60,000 nucleotides of DNA from Laetmonice hystrix (Eukaryota). How positions within the stretch are numbered: the first letter of the stretch is position 1; every line of letters starts with the position of its first letter. Made by a program: the position numbers and the translations under genes. The notes under the pieces are model-generated. The model ran no database searches, had not been told where the DNA came from, and saw only the letters and a program-made list of their open reading frames with translations. The stretch is taken from positions 13,828,001 through 13,888,000 of the forward strand of contig OZ249436.1 in the NCBI GenBank assembly GCA_965235115.1, in the 5' to 3' direction. This document shows, piece after piece, positions 27,901-42,086 of the stretch.

Positions 27901-30900
27901 CTAGTTTTCTTGCGACCTATGGCAGATAAATTAAGCTCATTCTCCGACCGTTTTATGAGTTTCCCGACACGAAATCCCACGCGAGGGCTGTTTTTATTCG
28001 TAGGGTGATCGCCTGCGGATATGGGTATGTTTAAAATATGCAGAATGTTATAGCCCTCCATGATCATGACGCCATGAAACGTATGCATAGCTGCCGCAGT
28101 GCATGGTGGGAGATGTGGCGGATGAGCTACAGCGACATCTGTCGGTCGTCAGTGACACTTCGGTGAAGGTCATAGCGGCTGACTTGATGGATGCGAGCGA
28201 ACAAAAGACGCCGGTTGTTAGATAGGTAGTTAGTCGGTGATACAGCTCATCATGGTCATAGAGTGAGGGACAGGCGGGAGTGGTTGAGCTCATCATGGTC
28301 ATAGAGTGAGGGACAGGCGGGAGTGGTTGTTTGAAGCCGGTGACGGGATCGGAATAAAGAGGAAGAGGAAGACAGTAATTGAGGCAGCAGCGACAACGCC
28401 ATCGGCCGTGGCCCATATTTGGACCCTATCAGGAGCCGCTGAACCACCGCTGACCGGCTCCGACATAACCACCCAAATATGCAGTCTAAGCCAGGGTCTT
28501 TGTTGCTACAGGCATCCAGGAGATCCGGCGATAGAGTGTTTAACGACTGCCCGTTCACATTAAATGGGGCAGAGTACGGCCACCATTATCCTGCCACTGC
28601 CAAACATCACCCACACCCAACCACCCCATCCACCGTCCCCACCCCACTCGCCTCCATGAATACGGCCATCACCCACACCCTCCCACCTCAACCACCGTCC
28701 CCACCCCACTCGCCGCCATGAATACGGCCATCACCCACACCCACCCACCCCAACCACCGTCCCCACCCCACTCGCCTCCATGAATACGGCACCCACACCC
28801 TCCCACCCCAACCACCGTCCCCACCCCACTCGCCGCCATGAATACGGCCATCACCCACACCCACCCACCCCAACCACCGTCCCCACCCCACTCGCCTCCA
28901 TGAATACGGCACCCACACCCACCCACCCCAACCACCGTCCCCACCCCACTCGCCGCCATGAATACGGCCATCACCCACACCCTCCCACCCCAACCACCGT
29001 CCCCACCCCACTCGCCTCCATGAATACGGCCATCACCCACACCCTCCCACCCCAACCACCGTCCCCACCCCACTCGCCTCCATGAATACGGCCATCACCC
29101 ACACCCTCCCACCTCAACCACCGTCCCCACCCCACTCGCCTCCATGAATACGACCATCACCCACACCCTCCCACCTCAACCACCGTCCCCACCCCACTCG
29201 CCTCCATGAATACGACCATCACCCACACCCTCCCACCTCAACCACCGTCCCCACCCCACTCTCCGCCATGAATACGGCACCCACGCCCTCCCACCTCAAC
29301 CACCGTCCCCACCCCACTCGCCTCCATGAATACGGCCATCACCGACACCCTCCCACCTCAACCACCGTCCCCACCCCACTCGCCGCCATGAATACGGCCA
29401 TCACCCACACCCTTCCACCTCAACCACCGTCCCCACCCCACTCGCCTCCATGAATACGGCACCCACACCCTCCCACCCCAACCACCGTCCCCACCCCACT
29501 CGCCTCCATGAATACGGCCATCACCCACACCCTCCCACCCCAACCACCGTCCCCACCCCACTCTCCGCCATGAATACGGCACCCACACCCTCTCACCCCA
29601 ACCACCGTCCCCACCCCACTCGCCTCCATGAATACGGCACCCACACCCTCCCACCCCAACCACCGTCCCCACCCCACTCGCCTCCATGAATACGGCCATC
29701 ACCCACACCCTCCCACCCCAACCACCGTCCCCACCCCACTCGCCGCCATGAATACGGCCATCACCCACACCCGCCCACCCCAACCACCGTTCCCACCCCA
29801 CTCGCCTCCATGAATACGGCCATCACCCACACCCTCCCACCCCAACCACCGTCCCCACCCCACTCGCCGCCATGAATACGGCCATCACCCACACCCTCCC
29901 ACCCCAACCAACGTCCCCACCCCACTCGCCTAGATGAATACGGCCGCTTGGTTCGCCAAGACGCAAAAGCGCCAACACTATACTGCGTGTCATTCATTCA
30001 AAGGGTAGTTGAAAAAACTCCCAATCAAGTACATACATACGCGTACATATATTCTGTATAAAGCATACATGTTTTATAACATCACGCAAGATAAACTCTT
30101 TATGATAACCTGGCGGGTCCGATTCTGGCTGCACATGAGGCAGTTCTTGGTTTGTCCGTAGAGGGCGTGGCCTGTCTTCTTTTCGCTGCTATTATCGAGG
30201 ACGATCGCCGCCAGAGATACCGCCCAGCGGTAGATAGGCTCATCCACGACTGGAGGCGGGTACACGAACCACTCCTGCGCCGCTCAGTCTTTCCATTTTT
30301 CATCCACTGTATCAAGACATGCCGGCATTGCCTTGACCCCCGCTCACGAAAAGGCTGCGATTTAAGGAGCGCAGCCATTGCTAGGCTTTGCCCTTAAGTG
30401 GCTACCGGGGACGCCCTACGCATGCAATCGGTGCTGTCTGTAAAAGGCAATATCTGACTTCTTCTCACATTGTATTGAAAAGAAAGAAAGTCCCTGATAC
30501 GAAACATTTGATTCCTGGTAGAACAGATTCGGTCCATTTTGTTTCCACCCAAGAACACATCAAGGGTGTTCTCAGCACTGCGGCAGCCTGAAAACGTCTT
30601 CTTTCCCGGAGAGGTTGTTGGGATCGATAAGGCACGGGGTCCGCTTGATAACTCCCGCTACACGACAGTCAAATAAATTCACATCAACAAACTACACTTC
30701 AAGGGACATTCGTCCATATGGGCGCCGCCATTTTGGTCGATTATCACAGCATAATGCAGCCTCACTAGCGTGGTCATTAAGGTGACAATAAGGGAAGTTT
30801 TAAGGTAGAATGACGGAGAGAGCTATAACACAATTTGACCTATTCGGCACAGTCCAGTGTGCGGCATGTATTACAAGTGCCTCCTGGCTCCCTCTCCTGG

Positions 30901-33900
30901 TCGAGCTGGCCCGTGCAGTTCTTTGGTCATTCCACAGGATAATATGGGTGGTAACTGCGGTGTTTTTGTAATCGCAGAAATCCTCTCTCCCCGTTTACGC
31001 CACATCTAGACCTAACTCAGTTATTTGAGCTATATTGAAGAACCTTCTAATTGGTCCAAAATGCACTCGTGGCTGCCTGTTTAAATCAGAGACCATATTG
31101 AAATATCATGGATGATTATGAGTCGTATCATATTGACATTACCTTGACGTACTCGCGCAAGTTGAATCTGTTTAAAGCTGTTTAAATAAAATTAAAATAG
31201 CGTGTAGCATCAAGACAGCTGCCTGGTTGTGTGGAAGTGTGGATGACAGAAGTTCAATTCCATCACTATCCAGGGTGTGTACACACAGCTGCGGTACTTG
31301 GTTTTATTCATATTGACGGCAATCCACCAGTTGTAGCCCATACTTGAAGTGATGAGATACTATCATCTAATCTTGAGATTTCTAGAATACAACCCTACCC
31401 TTAAGCTACATTATTCCGACTATTTCTCCGTTCATAAAATGGCGCTGCTCTTGAACACTTCCAGCTGCACAAAAAGTAAACGATACCACTGATCCTAGCG
31501 TATAGAATGCCGATCATTGCCATCGATTTCCACCAATCACGTGCTGGAGTCATTGCAATGACGTTATGGTATTTATATTTGTTCAATCAGCCGTGCCTAG
31601 GCAGGCTGCTGCGAGGCTCGCTAGTCCTTCCCTATTGCACGCGCCCAATGGCGCAAACATAATCGCATTGGAACCTTCTGGGAAACACATTCATTAGTCG
31701 TCCAGGGCCACGTACATACACAGATTGGTTCAATGAGGTGCATCGCTAAAATTATGATCAGTAGGCGCTCGTGGAGGACATCACCAGTTGGCAATGAGAT
31801 ATCACACTTTAATGGTCAAAATAAGCGTTATACAACGCACCAATTCAGCTGGCATGGCTGCCGCGCCATGGCTGCCTCTTTTAATCAGGTCTCACCCGGT
31901 AAACGGTAACTATTGTCGCCATGTTCGTTATATGGCTATCACCTGAAAGCTATAGTGTTCTGCAGGGTGCATGATAACATATCTCATACACAGCAGCAAT
32001 GTTTCTATGTTGTAGATATATACAGCACCATCGTTCCGCTCAAACGCCAGCCGTCAGAGTTGACTTCTCCCAATGACGGCTGTGGAAAATGTTCTGTCAG
32101 AGTTTTCATTTGCTTATTTGTAATTGATAAAGTATGTGCTCGATAACCATAGCAAAACTCACAAGAGAACACAGAATAGGCCTTACTAGGATAACTTATT
32201 GCCTTTGAAAACTGTGTTCCATTCCCATAAGTTAACTCTGTTATTCACAAGTTCTTAATGACACTTGGATGATAATAATATATTTTTAAATATGGCAACA
32301 GTTAAGCCCCGATTGAACAAAAATAGCCCGCGAATAGTGAACGAACACACTTGAGTATCATGATATAATCGTGCGCAAGATATTTGTAACTTTCGCGTTT
32401 TCTTTTCTAAGAATTTGATTTAAAAGCAAAACTAAGTGGCCCCGAGTTTGCCAGAAATAGACACTGCCGTTTCCGAGAGACTTATTAATACCATCACTTC
32501 TCCTGCAGCTGACACAACTCTTCCCTTCATATTGTCGATCCTTGGGCATATTGCAATTGCCATGGTAGTGATATTTTCCTTAGTCTGTCTCCACGCCTGT
32601 TATTTCATACAGTTACAAAACAATATTTAAAAACCTGTCTCCGATGAAAGCGTCGGCTCAGGTGTCATTGAGATGAAACTTGGCCCTGACAGGTGCACAG
32701 TTCGTTATCTGTGGGTGTCTCGGCGACGTCTGAGTCGTCTAGGCGTCGACAATACTTGTAGATTTTTCAAAACTGAGGACCTTCCCGAGGGCTACATGGA
32801 CAGTCACCCTTGAACTCCCCCAGACAGTATACTTACAGGTTTTACTATTGTTTCGTCCCCGGTTCCAACCATGTGAAAGCCCTGTCCCAAACCAGCCGAG
32901 ACCTCCGCCAACGGTATCAGTGGCTGGCACCGCTGTCGTCTGCCGCCCCAATCAATCGCCTTTCCGGGTGATTTGGATAGAATGAATAGGAACTAACTGC
33001 TTTGTCTGCTTGCCAATTGTGTGTCCAGTCAGTGCACCACACTTGCCCACCTTTTAAATCGACGGTGCCGTTGGCTGCAGTACCGACAGCTGCTGCAGGG
33101 TGAACTGGGGCCAAGTTCTACTTACGCAGGTCTGCAAATCAAATTTGGGATGTAACCGAGTCGGTCTTAGGGATGGTCATGTGCGAAGTGCATTCCTGAT
33201 AACACGAATCTATATTTTGATTGAGATAAAGAAAAGTGTCACGATGTTTTAGTTCGGGCGATTACCCAACATTTGTCCTTTGTGTTGCAGCTATGGCGAG
33301 ACTACCAATTGACATGGGATCCATTGGAGTATGGGGGTATTACAACAATCCGGATTCTACCACACAAAGTATGGAAACCAGATATTGTATTATTCAACAA
33401 GTAAGTGAATTATTTCTTGTCAACTTCGTGATGATGCTATATATTTGTGCCCCATTCTATGAGCAAGTAATTTAGACAGTAGGTTGGCATATTATGGTCA
33501 AATTGGTATGTGACGCTCTTGTCGTAAGGCAAAGGAAAACTTACAAAGAAGGAATATTTCTTACTCTGATACGTCGTACGCAAGTCAAGATCGTAAGAGG
33601 GTTAAAAAGTATGTATGTTTCAGGATTTGGTTTTGATTCTAAGGATATTAACTTCACCGGCGACTGTCAACTTCTGCCCATCATCCCTCCACACCCTAGC
33701 AGCCAATATAAGCGAAATGCGTCTTGACCAATCTTATGTTGTTGCTGGTGTTTGGTTGTAAGAAACGAAGAATAAGATCAATTGCGTTGCTCGGCTTGCG
33801 AGGAAATTGGTCAAGCAAGTATCCCTGACAGAAATGGATGGGAGGAGGCAGTAGGGGCGAGTGGGCGGAGCACTGACAGACACACCCGTCTACCAGGACC

Positions 33901-36900
33901 GGCGACTTGTTACCGGCCTGCTGGGGGCAGGTTCTGTCGGAAACTAGTCGGCTGGCCTGTCTCCGCGACCAGCAAACACACCAGCCAACCGACAGCTGGA
34001 CTTCAGACCTTTTCAATCTGGACGACGTCCTTTCTTTTTATCGATAGTTTTCACGTATAGAGGACCCTAAAATAGATTAACACGTCCCCTTGAGATAGGT
34101 TAGGGAATCGTAAGGTTACTTTTTAGAAATTTTAATTTGAAAAATACTTATAATCATACAGGCATTCAATATAAAAGTGGTTTGTGTGCCTTTTGCAGAC
34201 TGCACCGAAAATCAAGATTTCTTGTTCAGCCCTTAAAGGAAATATGTCACGGGGGGTATCGACCGGTTTTCTGCTTACCTGCTCACCACTGACGTATTTT
34301 ATGGCACTGACTGTTTTTCATATTGATTCTGTTAACACATACTACGAGTAGACAGCTGTGAAATTCTCCCTAATGTAGAAAAATGAATAAAACTAGCTGC
34401 AGTGTCCACAAAGTGCGATGAATCCGCCATTTTGGCCCCCTTTGGCTGACGCGAATCGTTTGAACGGGTCCCATGATCACGTGACTCTCGCTGTGATTAC
34501 TCGAGATGTAAACACGCAATGCAGACATATTTGTGCTGAAACACGACGTATTATTTGAAATTCGTGACATATTACCTTTAACGAAGCATCACACTTACCA
34601 CCTTTTTATACAACCCACTATTGTTCAAGATTACCCAAGCACCAATGCAGTAGTTAACATACTTTTAAGAATCTTCTTGACGTGCAGTGCATTGCAATAT
34701 TTGAGCAGCGCGTGGCCAATCCGATTCGGTTCCGCCAGTTTTGCCCGGAAAGATTGGCAAACAGTGGCCAGTGTAATTAATCTAAGTCGTTCGTACTTCT
34801 TGCCAACTCGGGAGCCCCTCGTAATCCCCTCGGCAACAAACTTGGAAGCTGTTTGCTTGACCTTGACCGGGAAAATCAATATAATCCCGTGGCAGATCAG
34901 ACGTTTGGAAGAGCATCCACATCGTTGATCGTGCCTCTGTACTGAGGCGTTGGTGATCGGACGTTAGGAAGAGCATCCACATCGTTGATCGTGCCTCTGT
35001 ACTGAGGCGTTGGTGATCGGACGTTAGGAAGAGCATCCACATCGTTGATCGTGCCTCTGTACTGAGGCGTTGGTGATCAGACGTTAGGAAGAGCATCCAC
35101 ATCGTTGATCGTGCCTCAGTACTCAGGCGTTGGTGATCAGACGTTAGGAAGAGCATCCACGTCGTTGATCGTGCCTCTGTACTGAGGCGTTGGTGATCAG
35201 ACGTTAGGAAGAGCATCCACATCGTTGATGGTGCCTCTGTACTCAGGCGTTGGTTCCTTAAGGCGAGAATAAGAAATCGGTTAAAGAATTATTTGCTGCA
35301 GTATTCACGTACGGTACACCACCCCAAAGTGGACTGCTATACACAATAGCTGCCAAGTACTCGTGCCATCTTATGTTGATTACGTCAACTGTGTGAGTAA
35401 CTAAAGGGAGCCCACAGAAGGTCCACATGTCGACAGATTCCACATAGAGCGGGTTACGGCCGATATTTCAGGGATCCATCTCGAGAACTACAGTGCCAGC
35501 CTCGTGCCAACTGAAGGCAGTATCTGCCCAACCAAACCCTCGGTATACCACCACCCGACCCCCAACCGATCCCCGCCTCCACGAAGGAGAACATCTGAAA
35601 TTGATTGTTTCCGGAGGTTGAACAGGACGAAATATCTCCAGACTCATCCATTGTCTGCTGGTTTACGAGGTTCACGGTTGATATCTGGACGTATGGGCAG
35701 CCTCGGAATACAATTGGTCTCATCGAGGCTAGCTTCATACCGGACGGGGCGTCGACACGATGAATGCATTAGGTAGCTGGCCGTCTTCAACCAGACTGGG
35801 TGATTAATCAATTAGACTGCCGGGGAGCCCATGTCTGAGGGGCTCCCTAGTCATGGCAGTGAGAAAATGTCAGTCTCTGCTCAATCGTAAATGTCAATAG
35901 CTACTCCATAATTGATTGCATAACAAACACGTGTTCATACGATAAGTAATCTCAGAACTAACCAGCCAATGCACCAGTAGCAATTTATGAATGATGGTTT
36001 ATGTCCAGGTGAAATAGCACTTTTTTGATTGTTGTTTAGGACCCCTTTAGTTAATAATGTAGGAACCTATCCAAGACCAAGGAAACATCGTCTCTTTGAA
36101 GGTTTCTACCACCAATTTTGTCATAAATGTGTCCCATTTGGATATTAAAGACCCCATTTTGAGCAGCATTTATTTTTGGAGAAGCATATTTTCTCCGAGA
36201 GAAGACACGGTTATGATTCCATATTAATAGGGACTGTTACATTCCTTGATCCGCCATTTGTATTCCACCTGTGATGATTCAACACTTTAAATTCTGTGTG
36301 GATCAAATATGGAAGGCGATGTGTCGTCAACCATTCTTGTTTGTGCCGCATGAAATTTAAATAAATCAAAAGTTAAGGGATAAGAGCAACGTCACTCAGT
36401 AAGTGTTGGGAAATACAGGGATGAATAAATGAACCGCCAATGTTCTCGCACTGAAGGTGGTCAACAGTTGTCGATAGGCCGTAAAACAACTAATCACTCA
36501 CTCGCAAATAGACATTTCCCTACAACCAGACCCACATTCCAAGGTGGATTCGTACATTCCATTTCACACACACCCATTTTTCACCAACGAAGGTTCTAGT
36601 TTTGACCTTTGTGGTAAATATCGCACGGCAAGACATGATAGAGTGTTTACCTTTTCATTTCTGTCTTTCAGCGCCGACGGCAAATACGAAGTATCGTACA
36701 AGCCGAACGTTGTCATCTACAGCTCAGGCGACGTGCTTTGGATCCCGCCCGCAATCTACAAGAGTTCATGTACGATTGACGTGGAGTACTTCCCGTTTGA
36801 TCAACAGGAATGCGAGATGAAATTCGGGTCGTGGACTTTCAATGGCGATCAGGTCGAACTGGGTTGGTATGAAGGTCAAGAGAAGGTTGACCTCTCGGAC

Positions 36901-39900
36901 TACGTCAACAGTGGCACGTGGGATATTATAGCGTGCCCAGGCCGTTACGACTACCGACTCGACCCAGTGGAGGGTCACCACACGGCACAAATTACATTCA
37001 CCTTGCGAATACGACGTAAAACATTATTCTATACGGTTAATCTTATAATACCGTGTGTGTTGATATCTTTTCTAAGCGTGTGTGTGTTTTACTTACCGGC
37101 AGATGCCGGAGAAAAGATGACCATGTGCATATCCATCCTGTTGGCCTTAGTTGTGTTTCTCTTGCTGGTCTCGAAGATCTTACCACCCACCTCAATCACC
37201 ATCCCACTCATAGCCAAATATTTACTCTTCACCTTCATCATGAACATCTTCACCATCCTCATCACCGTCATCATTATCAACTGGAACTTCCGTACGCCAA
37301 GGACTCACCGTATGCCCAAGTGGGTACGGGTCTTGTTTCTTAATTATTTGCCTAGGATATTATTTATGAAACGGCCGAACCACAACGAACGGTGGGCCAA
37401 GAAGTCATATACAAGAAACAGTAGTGTGAATCAGCAGAACCAGGATAGAGACAACAGACAATTTGCTGTGAATGCTCGTTCGGACCTTTTGGAACTGTCG
37501 GAGATACATCATCCGAATTGTAAAATGAACCGAAAGACAACAGCCGATCACACCAAGAATGAGCCCGAGGGTTGCTCGGAGACAGGCTTCCATATGACAC
37601 CAGAGACGCACAAGGCTATCGAGGCCGTGCGCTTTATAGCGGCACACTTGAAGAATGAAGATGACTATGCTGAGGTATGTGCTCACCATTCTATCATTGT
37701 CCAAGGTTCCTGCTTGTTTCTCTTTGTTTCCTGTCTACATTATGTATAGTGCAAAATATTTGAGGACGTCAGGGAAAATGTCAAATATTTTAATTTTTCA
37801 GGAATTTAGCATGTTTTACGTTTATTGTTTCTTCCAGAAAGAAAATCAACATTTTTAAAGGCCTCTGTATTATGTGTGTGTATTTTTGGTTTCATTCCTT
37901 CTTCCTTTCATGCGGCCGATAACGTTAAGAAGAACCTGTATAATTATTCACCGTTCAATCTGTATATTTTCCATAAAGCAATAGAATAGTGCATATTGTG
38001 CCCCGGGGTCTACGACTGATCTCCATACAATAATCCCCGGTTATTGCCAGCAAATTCTTCCTGATAATGTGTTTAAAATTAGTAAGTAGGAATATCTGAT
38101 AATGACATTGTGTTTAAGATTAGTAAGTAGGAATTCCTAAAATTGTGTTTAAGATTAGTAAGTAGGAATTCCTGATCATGTGTTTAACATTAGTAAGTAG
38201 GAATTGCTGATAATGTGTTTAAGATTAGTAAGTAGGAAGTCGATGAAATGTGTAGTGAGAATAATCCTGCCTGTAGAGGTCGCTGTGTACGTTGCCATGG
38301 GGCCGTCACATCGATGACGACAGGGAACGCTTGCTCGATGGAGAAACCCAGGCCAGGCCGGTCAGTGCGGGGGCGGCGGAATTAGCCAGCTTGTCACGCT
38401 TACTGCAGGCAGACAGGCAGCTCTGTCGCCAGCGCTGTAGAAGATACTTAACATTTTCTTTTCCACCGCTACTAATCTTAGTGAAAAAGGATTTGTGTTC
38501 ATTAATTATCACATGCCAAGGCCGTGTTGTAATACTTAATTAGCAAACAGCTAGACGGACAGACAGAGGGACAGACAGACGGAGCCCGTTTGTGGAGGAA
38601 CGTGCATGTTGACCCAGTAAATGCATCCACTTTCTTCAGGAATCAATAAGTTATTATTTGATTTCAGCAATATCTTGATGGGCACGATGTCTTTCTCCCC
38701 GACGTAGCTGTTACCATTGTAAATGTTTACTGGTAGTAGTAACCACTGAAGGTAGGCCGGTGAGAATGGACCCTGACCGTATACCTGCTGGAGTTAACGA
38801 AATCATATAAATATCAAACCTCTCGAGGGTGGTCATAGTGAATAAGGTTCTCGATACGCTTGAAGACTGACAGTATCAGGTCAACTTAGGTAGGCTGGTG
38901 ATGCGGATGATAATCTATAGACCGGTGTCTGGGAAAAAAAGCTTTTCCCGTCCTCATGAATGTAGTCAATAGGATTGCGACTGCCTTCTAATTAATCCCC
39001 CTGGTTTCCAGGGCAATTCCAGTCCGTCCCTACAAGCCCGCTACATCGTCGTTGTGATCCTCCAAAACACGACGCTCTGCCGTTAGCCGCAATAATAATT
39101 CGTGATGGAAGGTCGGCTCAGTCGTAGCAGGGGATAGGACATGATGAATACAATTAGATATGTTTCTGTGTGCCTGTGACAGCCACTGCTGGTGGACTGG
39201 AAAGATACGGTGTTTTGGGGAAGGGGCAGCGATAGCGGCAGTAAACAGGCTAGAGACTCGAGCTGCTGACCTGGCAGGACTGGCCGCCCCCGTCCACCGG
39301 ACACTCGGCTGTTTAGAGCCGGCCTTTTGCGCATTCCGATCAGCCGTTCGGATTGAGGGGATGGGTAATTCCTTTGACGGGGGCCGGCTCTGATTGATGG
39401 CATTCGAGCGACAAGGCACTTGATTTAGCGCCGGACCGCCAAGTTCTGCACACGAGGCGCGAGCAGCCAGCCGCTGGCCACCGGCCACTACTGCCACTAC
39501 AGGCAGCGCCACTCGGCGTCCCCGGCCCGGCCGTAACTCGCACGGACCTCGGCAAGCTTTCTCTTCTAAACGATCCTACCAAAACAAAGCGTCACTCTCA
39601 GTGCACCAGATTCTCCGGTTTCATTGTGTAACACAAGAAAATGAACGCGAATATTTGAAAAATGTCCGATATGAGACAGGCCGATTAATAGGATAGATGA
39701 AAGGACGTTCGAGATCGTTTTAAAACTCTATCGATCTTAGCGTTTCCCCCGACTGAGGAGATGAGCTTGGTGATTGAATTTGCAGACATCCTATCGTTTC
39801 CACAACCCACAACGTCGTATCTGTCTATTTACATTTTGAATAGCCGCTTGGCATGACAATTCCTTACGTTTTTTGTTGGTCCAATATCGGAGGGAAGAAA

Positions 39901-41990
39901 GCGCCATGTAAATGGGTACAATGTCAATATTCCTGCGGCTTCATTATATCAGCTCGAATGGGCGAAAAAAACATTAAACTGTTATTTCAACTAATAGGGA
40001 GAGACACCAGTTATGTTGGTTTGTACTCCTTTCACCTATAGACTGAATTATACACTCATACAAAAAACCTTGCTTAGAATGGATGGTTTAAGTACGAATG
40101 TATTTTTCTGACGCACCGAACAAATACATTTACAGATGGTACACAAACATGTACTTGTATTTTAAACAATTTATTAAAGGTACATTGAGTTAATATTGTT
40201 TTTAATTATCATATTGGTAATTGGTGGATACACCAAAGTGCTGGTGGTCTAATAAGAATAACACCGCTACATCACAAGGCTCTACAATGTCGTCTCATCG
40301 TATAGTTTTGAAAATGATGTTTTTCCTTCCGTTTACACTTTTGCCAGGGAATGCTATTACACTTCAAAATGAACATAACATTATGGTGAGATGGGCTGGA
40401 GCAGCAGGGCCTCTCACATCATATTGAAGTACTTTCTAATGCAGTCATTGTACCAGATGATCGCAGCAATATCGAGAAGGGTAGAGCTCGTCAGTAAACC
40501 CACTAGTAGCTAAATGAATGTCTGTGAAAAGACATCTCAAGGGAATTCCATGTTGCGAAGAGCAAACGGGTGACCAAATCTCAACATTAACAAAGAGAAT
40601 TTGCCCCAAAAATTATTATTTCTTTTTAAGATTTTAAAACAAAAAACAAAATAGGGTAGTATTATAAGAAACGTGACAAGTTGGTTAAGGACGAAAGCCA
40701 ACAACTTAAATACTCTTGAAAATGGTGATAGGTTGTCAGGACGTTGATAACCCCCATTTACCTATAAAAACATCCTCTTCCAATACTGATACTTGTCATT
40801 TTAGATAGCAGGCAAGGGGTTTAGAGATAAAACTAGATTCTGTTTGCGACACACTGGAGACAAAAAGGTTGACGTACAATCAAAACCCCTCATTAACCTC
40901 CGATGAAAATAGGAATCCGTAATAGATTACATAGTTTGCGGGCCAGCTAGGTATTGGACTGTCAGTTAGCAGGGAATTCCAAACGTTATTGCCAGACGTG
41001 TTTTGACGTTAATCCGAAAATGTTTTCTCTGTAGATGAAGCTGACACGCAACAGCGGTTTATTAGGAACTGTAAGTAAATCTTATTACGAATATTTTTCA
41101 GGCCGTTACTGTCGGCGTTTATCAGTCCATATATTTTTTGAACTTTAGACAAGGGTTGCACTAGACTTCCCTTATGTATATTGTGCTCTTTCTCTGCTGC
41201 ATTTGTATGTGGAGCGCTGAGGGTGGGATATTGTGACGTCCTAGAAGTACGCCTATGTTCTGACCCATTGTGGTTGAGTGGCCTATGTGTTAGATCATGT
41301 TTAACACTTTGCTATACTTACAGTGAACCCTATCTGCTGACAACAGCATAAGGCGGCATCTTTTTAATTGTCCTTTTACTTCATCAAACAATGTCAGTGC
41401 ACACTGTACATATAGAACAGACATCACAGTAGGAGAGACTGTCTCCAATTAAACTAAAGTACATAGACACTCAGGCACAACACTTCGTGTTTAGCAATCA
41501 CTGTCAAATACTGCTGTAAGATTAACAGCGCTGCACACAACAATTAAAGGGATGCATTGTGTAAAACAATGTCCGGGGCGCCATTTAAGACATAGCTTTA
41601 TGGTAGGATACAGTTTACACTTTATAAATATTTAGAGAACTCTATAATGGCTCCTGTCCGTATGATTCTAATGTTGTGTTCCTATTGGTGCCCCCACGTC
41701 GCTCTCCCCCCGTACTGCCACATGCTTCTCGCACGTCCATGGAAGTACGTCTCTGTGTATTACGTATAGAACGTGTTCGTGGATCTCACTCGTCGGGGAA
41801 TTCCTCGTGTCCTCACAAACTATAGGGTAACCATGTTCGGCTGCCAGGTGTCTACCTTGAACTAAACGTGGGCGGCCTACACTCGAGGATATACGTGGTC
41901 TGCTTGTTCAATATACATAATCCACCAGTGCACTTTGTATCTGTATATTACCACCGTGATATGCAGATGTACGTGTATTATAATTATTAC

Positions 41991-42086
<96 letters not shown>

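Noticed and set aside
28479..29997. Pro/His-rich and Gly/Trp-rich ORFs
   Set aside because: Translations of the 62-bp minisatellite.
30569..30590. RE1/NRSE-like motif (TCAGCACTGCGGCAGC)
   Set aside because: Poor match in spacing and second half-site; REST is not expected in this kind of organism.
34782..35222. 146-aa ORF with a 20-aa repeat
   Set aside because: Consequence of a 60-bp (multiple of 3) tandem unit; no splice or promoter support.
36544..36671. N-terminal part of the 401-aa ORF as coding sequence
   Set aside because: Lies upstream of the acceptor at 36670-36671; nAChR similarity begins at ADG and continues from exon 4.
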